Source: Anaerolineales bacterium
GTDB taxonomy: Bacteria > Chloroflexota > Anaerolineae > Anaerolineales > E44-bin32
Reading direction: 5' to 3'
DNA length: 58,199 bases
Assembly: GCA_048054495.1 (NCBI GenBank)
Contig: JBGMQN010000069.1
Span: 83,444-141,642 of the forward strand
Shown here: piece by piece, positions 1 through 9,514 of the stretch
How positions within the stretch are numbered: position 1 is the first letter of the stretch
How the letters are laid out: every line of letters starts with the position of its first letter
Position numbers and translations under genes: made by a program
Notes under the pieces: generated by a model
The model's database searches: none
What the model was told of the DNA's origin: nothing
The model's input: the letters and a program-made list of their open reading frames with translations, nothing else

Positions 1-65
1 CCGCCTACACGTACAAAAGGCGGTCATGGCGCTGACGATGAAGTGAGGCGAAGGGAGAAGCTAAC

Positions 66-1013
66 TTGGCAGAGAAAAAAGTAGCGGTGGTCGCCGTCGG
101 CGGCAACTCGCTGATCAAAGACAAGGGACACAAAAGCGTTCAGGACCAGTACGAAGCGGCGGCCGAGTCAATGAAGCACATCGCGGGCATGATTGAAGAC
201 GACTGGGATGTGGTGATTACCCACGGCAACGGGCCGCAAGTGGGCTTCATTCTCAGGCGATCCGAGCTCGCGAAGCATGAGCTTCACGAGGTGCCGCTGG
301 ACTACTGCGGCGCCGACAGCCAGGGCGCCATTGGCTATATGTTCCAGCAGTCGCTCTACAATGAGTTCACGCGACGCGGAATCGAGAAGCAGGCAGCCAC
401 CGTGGTCACACAGGTGCTTGTCGACCGCGACGACCCCGCCTTCGAGGCGCCCACTAAACCGATCGGATCCTTCATGGATGAATCGACCGCCAATCAGCGG
501 GCGGATGCCGAAGGATGGGTCGTGGTGGAAGACGCCGGCCGAGGATGGCGCCGGATTGTACCTTCACCGTTGCCGGTGCGTATTGTCCAGCAGGACGCGA
601 TCGATTCGCTTATCAAAGACGGCTTTGTCGTGATCGCCGTGGGAGGCGGTGGGATCCCCGTCGTTCAAGACGAGGCGGGGAATTTAACTGGAGTCGAGGC
701 GGTCATCGACAAGGACTTTGCCTCAGCATTGCTGGCCTCTCAGATCGGCGCCGATTTGCTACTTATCTCAACAGCAGTCCCGCAGATTGCGTTAAACTAT
801 AGCCTGCCAGACCAGCAGTGGTTAGACACGATGACCCTGGCGGAAGCCAAGGCCTACATGGAGCAGGGCCATTTTGCCAAAGGAAGTATGGAGCCTAAGG
901 TACAGGCGATCATCAACTACCTGGAGGCTGGGGGGCAAGAAGCCCTGGTGACAGATCCGCTAAATATCGAGCGAGCGCTCGCCGGCGAGACCGGGACCCG
1001 AATAGTCCCTTGA
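66..1013 (+). CDS. arcC: carbamate kinase
   Basis: 315-aa ORF. The MAEKKVAVVAVGGNSL N-terminus and ITHGNGPQVG motif fit carbamate kinases. TTG start at 66 with GGGAG 8 nt upstream. Confidence 0.88.
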   Translation: MAEKKVAVVAVGGNSLIKDKGHKSVQDQYEAAAESMKHIAGMIEDDWDVVITHGNGPQVGFILRRSELAKHELHEVPLDYCGADSQGAIGYMFQQSLYNEFTRRGIEKQAATVVTQVLVDRDDPAFEAPTKPIGSFMDESTANQRADAEGWVVVEDAGRGWRRIVPSPLPVRIVQQDAIDSLIKDGFVVIAVGGGGIPVVQDEAGNLTGVEAVIDKDFASALLASQIGADLLLISTAVPQIALNYSLPDQQWLDTMTLAEAKAYMEQGHFAKGSMEPKVQAIINYLEAGGQEALVTDPLNIERALAGETGTRIVP

Positions 1014-1117
1014 CCGCCGGCGACTCGTTAAACGAGAGGAGGTGAGGGCGCTCGGTTTGTGAGGAACTGAATTCGGATTTGCGATACGGAAAGTGATAAT
1101 CATTGGAGGAGATTTGG

Positions 1118-2380
1118 ATGATGCGCAACAAGATGCGGATATTGATCGGTCTGTCGCTGGGCGCGCTTGTGCTCGCTGCCTGTTCCACCGCGACGCCAGA
1201 GCCAGAGGAGATCACGGTCTCGGGATTCGGGGACGATGTGACTGTCACGCTTCCCGAACCCGAGGAAGGCAAGACTAATGTGGCGTTCGTGTACATTGGG
1301 CCGATCGGCGATGCTGGGTGGACCTACGCCCACAATCAGGGTCGAGAGTACCTGGAGCAGAATGTAGACAACGTTCACACCGTCTTTCTGGAGTCCATCC
1401 TTTCCGAGGCGGACGCGGCTCGGGTCATGCGCAACCTGGCGCGCAAAGGCTTTGATGCCATCATCGCTACCAGCTTCGAGTTCCAATTCCCGATGCCCGA
1501 GATTGCTGAAGAGTTTCCAGATACCGCCTTCTTACACGTGTCGGGATTTCTGAAGAACGACGAAAACTTCGGAAATCTGTTCGGAGCGATGGAGCAGACC
1601 AAGTTCTTGGCCGGGATGGTCGCAGGTGCGCGCGCCAAGGAAGACGGGAGCAACCGTGTTGGCTACATCGCACCCTGGCCGATCGCGGAAGTGGTTCGGT
1701 TGAGTAATGCCCTAACGATGGGTGTGCGCGAGACCTGCCCCGAGTGTCAGGTCGACGTTCGCTGGATCTTCACCTGGTTCGATCCCGACAAGGAAATCCA
1801 AGCCGGTGAATCGCTGCTCGACGCAGGGGCCACGGTGGTCGTGACGGGTGCAGACACGCCCGGGCCGGTCCAGGCCGCCGGAGAGCGTGGACTGTGGGGA
1901 ATTGCCTATGACAGCAATACCTCCTGCGACGCCGATCCTGAGGCCTGCCTGACGGTTCCCTACTGGAACTGGGGCGTGGCCTATGTGGAATTCATCGAAG
2001 AAGTACAGGCGGGAACGTGGACGCCCTCAGACTGGTATCCGGGTGCGGAGAGCGGTATCGTCGGTCTGCTGGGCCTGACCGACGGCGAGTTTCCTGATGC
2101 TGTGCCGGAATGGGTGATCCCCCTGGTTGAGGAGAAATGGGCCGAGATGCAGAGCGGCGAGTTCGACCGCTTCGATCTGTTTACGGGTCCCATATACGAC
2201 AACAAGGGCAACCTTGTCATCGGCGAGGGAGTGGTGCCAACTCAGGAAGATCTTGAGGGACTCGACCAGGCTACGATCGACAGCTTCGGACTCGACCGCG
2301 AGCCGTGCACAATATGCATGAACTTTCTCGTAGAGGGATTCCTGCCGGAGGCTGAAATTCCTTCAATGAGCGGCGGATAG
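1118..2380 (+). CDS. BMP-family (PnrA/Med-like) ABC substrate-binding lipoprotein, probably nucleoside-binding
   Basis: ORF 1103-2380. Signal peptide with lipobox LAAC and BMP core NVAFVYIGPIGDAGWTYAHN. Start moved to ATG 1118 (GGAGGAG at 1105-1111, 6-nt spacer). Confidence 0.8.
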   Translation: MMRNKMRILIGLSLGALVLAACSTATPEPEEITVSGFGDDVTVTLPEPEEGKTNVAFVYIGPIGDAGWTYAHNQGREYLEQNVDNVHTVFLESILSEADAARVMRNLARKGFDAIIATSFEFQFPMPEIAEEFPDTAFLHVSGFLKNDENFGNLFGAMEQTKFLAGMVAGARAKEDGSNRVGYIAPWPIAEVVRLSNALTMGVRETCPECQVDVRWIFTWFDPDKEIQAGESLLDAGATVVVTGADTPGPVQAAGERGLWGIAYDSNTSCDADPEACLTVPYWNWGVAYVEFIEEVQAGTWTPSDWYPGAESGIVGLLGLTDGEFPDAVPEWVIPLVEEKWAEMQSGEFDRFDLFTGPIYDNKGNLVIGEGVVPTQEDLEGLDQATIDSFGLDREPCTICMNFLVEGFLPEAEIPSMSGG

Positions 2381-2420
2381 TCGATTCTGCAACGCAGGAA
2401 GTAGGTCGTTAGAAAACAGA

Positions 2421-2455
2421 TACCGGACAGGTTCGTAACGCGGACCTGTCCGGTA
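2421..2455 (+). promoter_or_regulatory. intercistronic stem-loop after the BMP binding-protein gene
   Basis: TACCGGACAGGTTCG / CGGACCTGTCCGGTA form about 15 bp with a 5-nt loop. No U-tract. Lies 18 nt before the ATPase start. Confidence 0.6.
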
Positions 2456-2472
2456 CCCCTTCACTCTAGGAG

Positions 2473-4023
2473 TTGAATGCTGCTGTGAACGAGAATGGCC
2501 TCGCCATTGAAATGCGAGGCATCGTCAAGCGCTTCCCCGGCGTGTTAGCCAACGATCACGTCGACCTTGCCATCCGGGCGGGGGAAGTGCACGCACTGCT
2601 GGGCGAGAACGGGGCGGGCAAGAGTACGCTCATGAACATCCTGTCCGGGCTTTATCACGCGGACGAGGGTGAGATCTATGTGGACGGAGCAAAGGTCAAC
2701 TTTGGATCGCCGAAGGACGCCATCCACAACGGCATCGGAATGATCCATCAGCATTTCATGTTGGTACCCGTCCTCTCCGTTGCCGAGAATCTGGTTCTGG
2801 GACTGGATGAAACCCGATTTATTCTTCGCCCCCAGAAGGTCGTGGCGGAGGTGGAAGCGCTCAGCCAGCGGTTCAACATCAGCGTCGATCCGCGTGCCAA
2901 GATCTGGCAACTCTCCGTAGGTGAGCAGCAGCGAGTGGAAGTCTTGAAGATGCTCTACCGGGGAGCCAACATCCTCATAATGGACGAGCCCACAGCGGTG
3001 CTTACGCCTCAAGAGGTGGAGGAGCTCTTCCACACGCTGCGTGAGATGGCGAGCTCTGGCAAGACGATCATCTTCATCAGCCACAAGTTGCACGAAGTAC
3101 TCGAGATCGCGGATCGGATCAGCGTCTTGCGGCTCGGGCGCACGGTGGCCAGCGGCATTGACCTCGAAGGAGTGACGAAGAAGGATCTGGCAAGGCTCAT
3201 GGTCGGACGAGAGGTTTTGTTCCGAATCGATCGAAAGGCCGCGACTCCCGGCGAGCCCGTTCTAGAGATCAGGAACCTCCAGGCCTTTGACGATAAGGGT
3301 CTTCCGGCTCTGAAGGGGATATCGCTGGAGGTGCGTGCAGGTGAAATCCTTGCCCTGGCGGGAGTGTCGGGGAACGGTCAGAGAGAGCTTGCCGAAGCAG
3401 TTACAGGGCTGCGCGAGGCGACGGGAGGATCGGTCATCGCGCAGGGTCGCGAAGTTACGAACGCTTCGCCCGGCCGTGTGATCGAAGCGGGACTATCTTT
3501 CGTTCCCGAAGACCGAGTAGGAATGGGCAGTGTTCCCAACATGAACGTATCTGAGAACTTGGCCTTACGAAATTACCGCATCCCGCCCATTGGAAACGGA
3601 TGGGTGATGAATCTTGTCGCCATGCGCGAGCAGGCCGAGAAACTCGTTGACGAGTTCGATATCGCTACTCCCTCGATTGAAACTCCCTCGCGCCTGCTTT
3701 CGGGCGGTAATTTACAAAAGCTTATCCTGGCGCGAGAGATCTCCGGAGCTCCTGAAATGCTGGTTGCCATGCAGCCCACTCGCGGACTGGACGTGGGCGC
3801 CACCGAAGCCGTCCATCGCATCTTGTTGGAGCAGCGAGACGAAGGCGCAGCCATTCTTATGATTTCCGAAGATCTGGACGAGATCATGGCGCTGGCCGAC
3901 CGCATTGCCGTGATCTACGAGGGCCAAATCATGGGCGAGATGAGCGCTGAAGGTGCCGATATCGAGGAAATCGGTCTGATGATGGCCGGTACGAGAACAG
4001 CTCACAATGTCAAAGCCGGATAG
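2473..4023 (+). CDS. ABC transporter ATP-binding protein with duplicated ATPase domains
   Basis: Two Walker A motifs (GENGAGKST, GVSGNGQRE) and two signature motifs (LSVGEQQR, LSGGNLQK). Start could instead be GTG 2485. Confidence 0.9.
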   Translation: MNAAVNENGLAIEMRGIVKRFPGVLANDHVDLAIRAGEVHALLGENGAGKSTLMNILSGLYHADEGEIYVDGAKVNFGSPKDAIHNGIGMIHQHFMLVPVLSVAENLVLGLDETRFILRPQKVVAEVEALSQRFNISVDPRAKIWQLSVGEQQRVEVLKMLYRGANILIMDEPTAVLTPQEVEELFHTLREMASSGKTIIFISHKLHEVLEIADRISVLRLGRTVASGIDLEGVTKKDLARLMVGREVLFRIDRKAATPGEPVLEIRNLQAFDDKGLPALKGISLEVRAGEILALAGVSGNGQRELAEAVTGLREATGGSVIAQGREVTNASPGRVIEAGLSFVPEDRVGMGSVPNMNVSENLALRNYRIPPIGNGWVMNLVAMREQAEKLVDEFDIATPSIETPSRLLSGGNLQKLILAREISGAPEMLVAMQPTRGLDVGATEAVHRILLEQRDEGAAILMISEDLDEIMALADRIAVIYEGQIMGEMSAEGADIEEIGLMMAGTRTAHNVKAG

Positions 4024-4029
4024 CTGAAA

Positions 4030-5199
4030 ATGAGCGCTCAGAGCTCGATCGCCGAACGGTTTCCATACCGCATCCGCATCCAAAAGCGCCTGGACAATCC
4101 GCGCTGGCTCTCGATCCTCTCCCCCGTCGTCCTGGTGATCGGAGCGCTGATCGTCGGTGGGGTGCTGCTATCGATCGTGGGTGTCAGCCCTTTCGTGGCG
4201 TATTCTCGCATCTTCCGGGCCGCCTTCGGCACACCTGCCGGCTGGCTGAGAGGTGAGCTCTATCCGCTGTCCGATACGACCATCAAGGCCACACCACTGC
4301 TGCTGGCTGGTCTCAGCGTCGCGCTCGCTTTTCGCATGCAGCTGTGGAACATTGGCGCGGAGGGCCAGCTCCTGATTGGAGCCTGGGCAGCAACCGGTGT
4401 GGCACTCAAGCTGCTCAGCCCGGATACGCCGGCTTTCATCATGATCCCCGCAATGATGCTGGCTGCCTTCCTGGCAGGAGGACTTTACGGTGCGGTTCCC
4501 GGTGCGCTGAAGGCCTGGTTAGGCGTGAATCTCATCATCACCACTCTGATGCTGAATTATGTGGCCGCGTTTTGGAACAACTTCTTCATCTACGGGCCAT
4601 GGTCGCTGCGTGGCTTTGGATTGACGCCGAAGTTTCCGCGGACTGCATGGCTGCCGCGGCTGACTGAGTTCGCCGACCAATTGCCAATTCTGCGAGGACT
4701 GACTGCGCACGCCGGAATCCTGATCGGCCTCGCGGCCGCCTTCATCCTTTGGTACGTGCTGCGCAAAAGCAAGTTCGGCTACGAGATCAAGGTCATTGGC
4801 GATAATCCTGAAGCCGCGCGCTATGCAGGCATGAACATCAAACGCAACATCCTGCTGGTGATGCTGATCAGCGGCGGCCTGGCTGGGCTGGCCGGAATGG
4901 CCGAGGTCTCCGGCGTCATTCACATTTTTCAAGAGCGCATCTCTCCCGGATACGGGTTTACGGCCATCATCGTCGCCTGGCTCGCAAAACTCAACCCCTG
5001 GGGAGTGGTTTTGGTGGCCTATCTTTTCGGCGGACTGCTGGTAGGCGGCGACGAGATTCAACCGTTCGGCATCGTGTCTATGCTGAACGGGGTGATCTTG
5101 TTTGTCGTGGTGGGCGGTGAGCTTCTCCTGCGGTACCGCGTGCGAGTCGAGCGCAGCGAGCCTGTTGTGCAGCCCGCGGCGGCTGGAGGGGGTCAGTGA
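4030..5199 (+). CDS. ABC transporter permease (BMP-type system)
   Basis: 389-aa polytopic hydrophobic ORF directly after the ATPase gene. Confidence 0.85.
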   Translation: MSAQSSIAERFPYRIRIQKRLDNPRWLSILSPVVLVIGALIVGGVLLSIVGVSPFVAYSRIFRAAFGTPAGWLRGELYPLSDTTIKATPLLLAGLSVALAFRMQLWNIGAEGQLLIGAWAATGVALKLLSPDTPAFIMIPAMMLAAFLAGGLYGAVPGALKAWLGVNLIITTLMLNYVAAFWNNFFIYGPWSLRGFGLTPKFPRTAWLPRLTEFADQLPILRGLTAHAGILIGLAAAFILWYVLRKSKFGYEIKVIGDNPEAARYAGMNIKRNILLVMLISGGLAGLAGMAEVSGVIHIFQERISPGYGFTAIIVAWLAKLNPWGVVLVAYLFGGLLVGGDEIQPFGIVSMLNGVILFVVVGGELLLRYRVRVERSEPVVQPAAAGGGQ

Positions 5200-6173
5200 G
5201 CAACTACCTGATCTTCATCACAACCATCCTTGCCGCGGGTGTGGCCTCGGGCACTCCGGTGCTGTTTGCAACGATTGGCGAGCTCTTCGCCGAGCGCGCG
5301 GGTGTGATAAACCTCGGCGTCGAGGGCATGATGTTGATGGGAGCAGTGACCGCATTTCTCGTGTCACACACCCTCGGGGATCCGTGGATTGCCTTGTTAG
5401 TGGGGATGATTGTAGGCGGCCTAATGAGCCTGCTTCACGCGCTGGCTTCGATCACCTTGCGGGCCGATCAGGTAGTGAGTGGGCTGGCGCTCACCTTTGT
5501 CGGGGCAGGCCTCAGCTCAGTGATTGGCTGGTCTCTGGTGGATGTTCGGGATGCCCCGCGCTTGCCCGCGCTGGATATCCCGCTGCTCGGGCAGATCCCT
5601 GTGCTGGGGCAGATCTTTTTTCAGCATAACGTCATCGTCTATTTGGGTTTCATCGTGGTGCCAATCGCCTGGTTCATCATCAATCGAACGCGGCCGGGCC
5701 TAAACATGCGTGCAGTAGGCGAGTATCCGGCCGCGGCGGACTCGGTGGGGATCAACGTGTTCCGGCTGCGGTACCTCTACGTCTTCGTTGGAGGGCTGCT
5801 TGCAGGATTGGCCGGGGCCAGCTTGAGCCTGGCGATCACTCCGCTTTGGATCGACGGCCTCACGGCCGGACAGGGCTGGATCGCGCTCGGTCTTGTGATC
5901 TTCGCGGGTTGGGGTCCATTCCGAGCGGCATTCGGAGCCTACCTCTTCGGCGCGATCCGCCGTCTACCGCTCGATCTACAGGGCGCTCCGCCGCTGCCAT
6001 TGGATGCACATCTCATCCTCCGGGACCCATTGCTCAGCTATTTTGCCAACATGCTGCCATATCTGTTCGTAATCCTCGTGCTCGTGATCGCTTCCGGAGA
6101 GGCATTGCGAAAGCGACTTGGGGCACCAGCGGCGTTGGGGATTCCCTATATTCGTGGGGAGAGAGGAATCTAG
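5196..6173 (+). CDS. ABC transporter permease (BMP-type system)
   Basis: 325-aa polytopic ORF. GTGA start/stop overlap with the preceding permease gene. Confidence 0.85.
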   Translation: MSNYLIFITTILAAGVASGTPVLFATIGELFAERAGVINLGVEGMMLMGAVTAFLVSHTLGDPWIALLVGMIVGGLMSLLHALASITLRADQVVSGLALTFVGAGLSSVIGWSLVDVRDAPRLPALDIPLLGQIPVLGQIFFQHNVIVYLGFIVVPIAWFIINRTRPGLNMRAVGEYPAAADSVGINVFRLRYLYVFVGGLLAGLAGASLSLAITPLWIDGLTAGQGWIALGLVIFAGWGPFRAAFGAYLFGAIRRLPLDLQGAPPLPLDAHLILRDPLLSYFANMLPYLFVILVLVIASGEALRKRLGAPAALGIPYIRGERGI

Positions 6174-6215
6174 AGACGCGGGAGTACCATTTGAGCCAGC
6201 TTATGTTTACAACGC

Positions 6216-6237
6216 AGACGCCCGCACAGGCGTCTTT
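6216..6237 (+). terminator. weak hairpin / partial terminator between permease and ade
   Basis: AGACGCC-cgcaca-GGCGTCT followed by TT C. Short U-tract. Confidence 0.3.
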
Positions 6238-6245
6238 CAGCATCT

Positions 6246-8015
6246 GTGGAGTCTATGGACGATTTAGCCGCACTTGAGGCACGCGTTCGCGCTGCGCTGG
6301 GTAGTGAACCGCTCGATCTTCTCATACGTGGCGTGCAACTCGTGGATGTCTTTTCGGGGCGGGTCGCGGAAACCGACATCGGAATCCGAGCAGAGCGGAT
6401 CGTCTCGATCTTTCCGAGAGGCGAAGCTGCCTCGCGCGAGACAATCGAAGCGGAAGGGCTTTACGCGCTCCCTGGGTTTATTGATGCTCACGTCCACATC
6501 GAGAGCACTCTGCTCACTCCCGCCAGCCTGTCGGAAGTAATCGTCCCCACCGGAACAACGACCCTCCTCGTCGACCCCATGGAGGTGGCTAACGTCGCGG
6601 GTATCGAGGGCCTCGAAGCCTTTTTTAGCGGGGTCGAAGAGTTACCTTATCGAATGTTCGTTCAGGTGTCGTCGCGCGTGCCCACTGCGCCCGGGCTAGA
6701 GACGACCGGCGGAGATCTCGGAATCGAGCAGGTCAAGCGGATCCTCGCCTGGCCCGAAACTGTTAGCCTGGGAGAGCTTGATCCTTCAAAGGTCTTGAGC
6801 TTGTCCGCCGAGCATCTGCAGAAGGTGCTGGCTGCCTCAAAGCTTGGAAAGATCGCCAATGGGCACGCCATCGGCCTGGAAGGCGTGGAACTTGAGGCCT
6901 ACGCCTCTGTCGGAATAACGGACGACCATGAGTGTGTGACCGTGGATCAGCTAGAGGCTCGTTTGGCGGTCGGTATGGCAGCCATGATACGGGAAGGTAG
7001 CTCAGAGCGGAACCTGCATGACTTGATTGCAGGCATCCTGGAGCGCCAGATTGACACGCGCCATCTCATGTTTTGCACGGACGACAAGCATCCCTCTGAT
7101 ATCCGACGCGAGGGGCATATCAATTACAACGTCAATGAGGCCATACGCATGGGTCTGAGTCCGCTGCAAGCGATTCAAATGGCTTCGATCAATGCGGCGG
7201 AGCACTTCAGGGTGGGTCATTTAGTAGGGGCGATCGCGCCCGGGCGCTTCGCCGACATTCTGTTGTGCGCCTCTCTCGACGAAATCCGACCAGAGATGGT
7301 GCTGGTCGGGGGCCGAGTCGTGGCAGAGGACGGTTCGCTCACAGACGATGTCAAGCCGCAAGAGTTCCCTGACTGGCTGAAGCGGACGGTTCGCGTTCTG
7401 GCGGATCTCGAGCCCACTGTATTTGAGTTTCCCGCGCAAGGCACGACCGTGCGACTGCGCGTCATCGAGATCGTTCCGGATCAGATCTTCAACCATCTAC
7501 GCGAGGCCGTACTCCCAATCAAGGACGGCTCGGCGCAGGCCGCGCCTGAGCTCGATGTTCTCAAGCTCGCGGTCGTGGAGCGGTACGGCAAGAATGGAAA
7601 TGTCGCCGTCGGATGGACGAAGGGATTCGGACTCAAACGGGGAGCGATCGCCGGGTCGGTGGCGCACGACCACCATAACATTCTTGTGGTCGGAACCAAT
7701 GATGAAGATATGCTCCAGTGCGTAAGAGCCCTGGAAGAATCCCAGGGCGGCTTCGTCGTTGTAGAGAAAGGTAGAATCCTCGAAAGACTGCCGCTCCCGC
7801 TAGCGGGCCTCATGAGCGAGCTGCCGGCCAGCGAGGTCGAAACGCAACTCGAAAAGGTCCGCGCCGCTGCGGCGTCTCTGGGATGCCAATTGAAGACGCC
7901 ATTTATGACGCTCTCCTTCATATCACTTCCCTCGATCCCGGAGGCCGGCTTCTCCGACCGAGGACTAATTGATGGGGCGAAACAAGCGCTGGTCCCTGTG
8001 CGACTCGACGGATAG
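6246..8015 (+). CDS. ade: adenine deaminase
   Basis: 589-aa amidohydrolase. LPGFIDAHVHIESTLL metal-binding motif and overall length fit the Ade family. Confidence 0.82.
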   Translation: MESMDDLAALEARVRAALGSEPLDLLIRGVQLVDVFSGRVAETDIGIRAERIVSIFPRGEAASRETIEAEGLYALPGFIDAHVHIESTLLTPASLSEVIVPTGTTTLLVDPMEVANVAGIEGLEAFFSGVEELPYRMFVQVSSRVPTAPGLETTGGDLGIEQVKRILAWPETVSLGELDPSKVLSLSAEHLQKVLAASKLGKIANGHAIGLEGVELEAYASVGITDDHECVTVDQLEARLAVGMAAMIREGSSERNLHDLIAGILERQIDTRHLMFCTDDKHPSDIRREGHINYNVNEAIRMGLSPLQAIQMASINAAEHFRVGHLVGAIAPGRFADILLCASLDEIRPEMVLVGGRVVAEDGSLTDDVKPQEFPDWLKRTVRVLADLEPTVFEFPAQGTTVRLRVIEIVPDQIFNHLREAVLPIKDGSAQAAPELDVLKLAVVERYGKNGNVAVGWTKGFGLKRGAIAGSVAHDHHNILVVGTNDEDMLQCVRALEESQGGFVVVEKGRILERLPLPLAGLMSELPASEVETQLEKVRAAAASLGCQLKTPFMTLSFISLPSIPEAGFSDRGLIDGAKQALVPVRLDG

Positions 8016-8062
8016 CGAGGTGGCCTTCAGTAGACACCATAGGAATTTAGGGAGCTGACATC

Positions 8063-9310
8063 TTGCCACACTTCATTCGCTATCGCTGCTCTACCTGTGC
8101 TGAAGAATATGACTGGGAGGATCCGGTCATGGTCTGTAGCAGGGACGGAGGCAACTTAGACATACTCCTGGACATCGATTCTGTAATGCGAGCCTGCTCG
8201 CCCACAGAGATCGGCTCAAGCCGTGAGAATTCGATTTGGCGCTACTTGCCGCTGCTCCCGGTCGCGGATCCAGGAAATCAGGGCACCCAGCTGCGGGCAG
8301 TGGGCTGGACACCGCTCTTGAAGTCCCGTCGGATAGCGGCCGACTTGGGCCTGGAGAATCTGTGGTTCAAAGACGACGGCCGCAACCCAACCGCTTCCTT
8401 TAAGGACCGTGCCAGCGCAGTGGTCGTGGCGCGGGCACGAGAAATCGGCGCGGATACGGTAGTCACCGCCTCCACCGGCAACGCGGGCGCCGCGCTGGCC
8501 GGCATGGCCGCTGCGGTAGGGGTGCCGGCGGTGATCCTGGCCCCCGCCAATGCCCCACAAGCCAAGGTCGCTCAGCTCTTAATCTATGGAGCTCAAGTTG
8601 TGCTCGTGGACGGTAACTACGATCAGGCCTTCGAACTCTCGTTGGAGGCTGCGGAGGAGTTTGGCTGGTACTGCCGTAACACCGGCTACAACGCGTTCAC
8701 GGCCGAAGGAAAAAAGACCGCCGCGTTCGAAATCTGTGAGCAGCTCTCGCACCCAGAGGCTGATCGATGGGAGGCGCCAGAAGCGGTCTTCGTGTCCGTG
8801 GGTGACGGAAATATCATCACCGGCCTGCATAAGGGCTTCAAGGACCTATTTGAGCTGGGCTGGATCGATCATGTGCCTCGGCTCTATGGCATTCAATCCA
8901 CGGGATCGGCGGCGGTGACGCATGCCTTTGAGTCGGGTGCGGAGGTGATTCAGCCCGTCCAGTCCGACACCATTGCGGACAGCATTTCGGTCGATCTTCC
9001 GCGTGATGGGCTGCGCGCCTTGCGTGCGGTACGCGAAACGGATGGGGCGATGATCGCCGTCGAGGATGGAGCGATCCTGGAGGCGATCCGCACGCTCGGC
9101 CGCGAGGCGGTCTTTGCGGAGCCGGCCGGGGCAACCGCCTACGCAGGCCTGGAAGCCGCGATCGAGAGCGATCGCGTAGCATCCGACGAGCGGATCGTGG
9201 TGGTGATCACCGGCAGCGGACTCAAGGACGTTCCGGCTGCCATGCGTGCCGCCGGCGAGGCGACCGTGATAGAACCGACGCTGGAGGCGCTTCGCGGTGT
9301 CATGCGCTAG
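8063..9310 (+). CDS. threonine-synthase-like PLP enzyme (fold type II) with N-terminal Zn-ribbon
   Basis: CSTC...VCSRDGG ribbon, PLP-lysine motif SFKDRAS, and TASTGNAG. TTG start with AGGGAG 8 nt upstream. The true substrate cannot be called from sequence. Confidence 0.7.
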   Translation: MPHFIRYRCSTCAEEYDWEDPVMVCSRDGGNLDILLDIDSVMRACSPTEIGSSRENSIWRYLPLLPVADPGNQGTQLRAVGWTPLLKSRRIAADLGLENLWFKDDGRNPTASFKDRASAVVVARAREIGADTVVTASTGNAGAALAGMAAAVGVPAVILAPANAPQAKVAQLLIYGAQVVLVDGNYDQAFELSLEAAEEFGWYCRNTGYNAFTAEGKKTAAFEICEQLSHPEADRWEAPEAVFVSVGDGNIITGLHKGFKDLFELGWIDHVPRLYGIQSTGSAAVTHAFESGAEVIQPVQSDTIADSISVDLPRDGLRALRAVRETDGAMIAVEDGAILEAIRTLGREAVFAEPAGATAYAGLEAAIESDRVASDERIVVVITGSGLKDVPAAMRAAGEATVIEPTLEALRGVMR

Positions 9311-9414
9311 CTCAGACACCGGCATGGCTCAGCGCATCGGCGGCTGGCCATGGGGCTCGTGCGATTCGCCGCGATGCGCGGTGGGCTTCCATGGTCTAAG
9401 TAGTTCGACTCCCG

Positions 9415-9483
9415 AAAAGCATGCGCATAGCCGATTCTGTAGTGTGCGAGCGATCCGGAGAGAAATCGAGCGCGTGCTTTTTT
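9415..9483 (+). terminator. probable intrinsic terminator after the ThrC-like gene
   Basis: AAAA-GCATGCGC ... GCGCGTGC-TTTTTT. An alternative inner hairpin spans 9446-9473. T6 run at 9478-9483. Confidence 0.4.
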
Positions 9484-9514
9484 CGTTGGAATGGCATAGC
9501 ATATCGCCGGAGAT

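Noticed and set aside
1-46. The 3' end of an upstream + strand ORF (..RLHVQKAVMALTMK*).
   Set aside because: With only 15 codons, the family cannot be identified. It is mentioned only as context for arcC.
9395-9415. GTTCGACTCCC, a tRNA T-loop-like string in the ThrC-GT2 spacer.
   Set aside because: The flanking sequence does not form T-stem, anticodon or acceptor helices.
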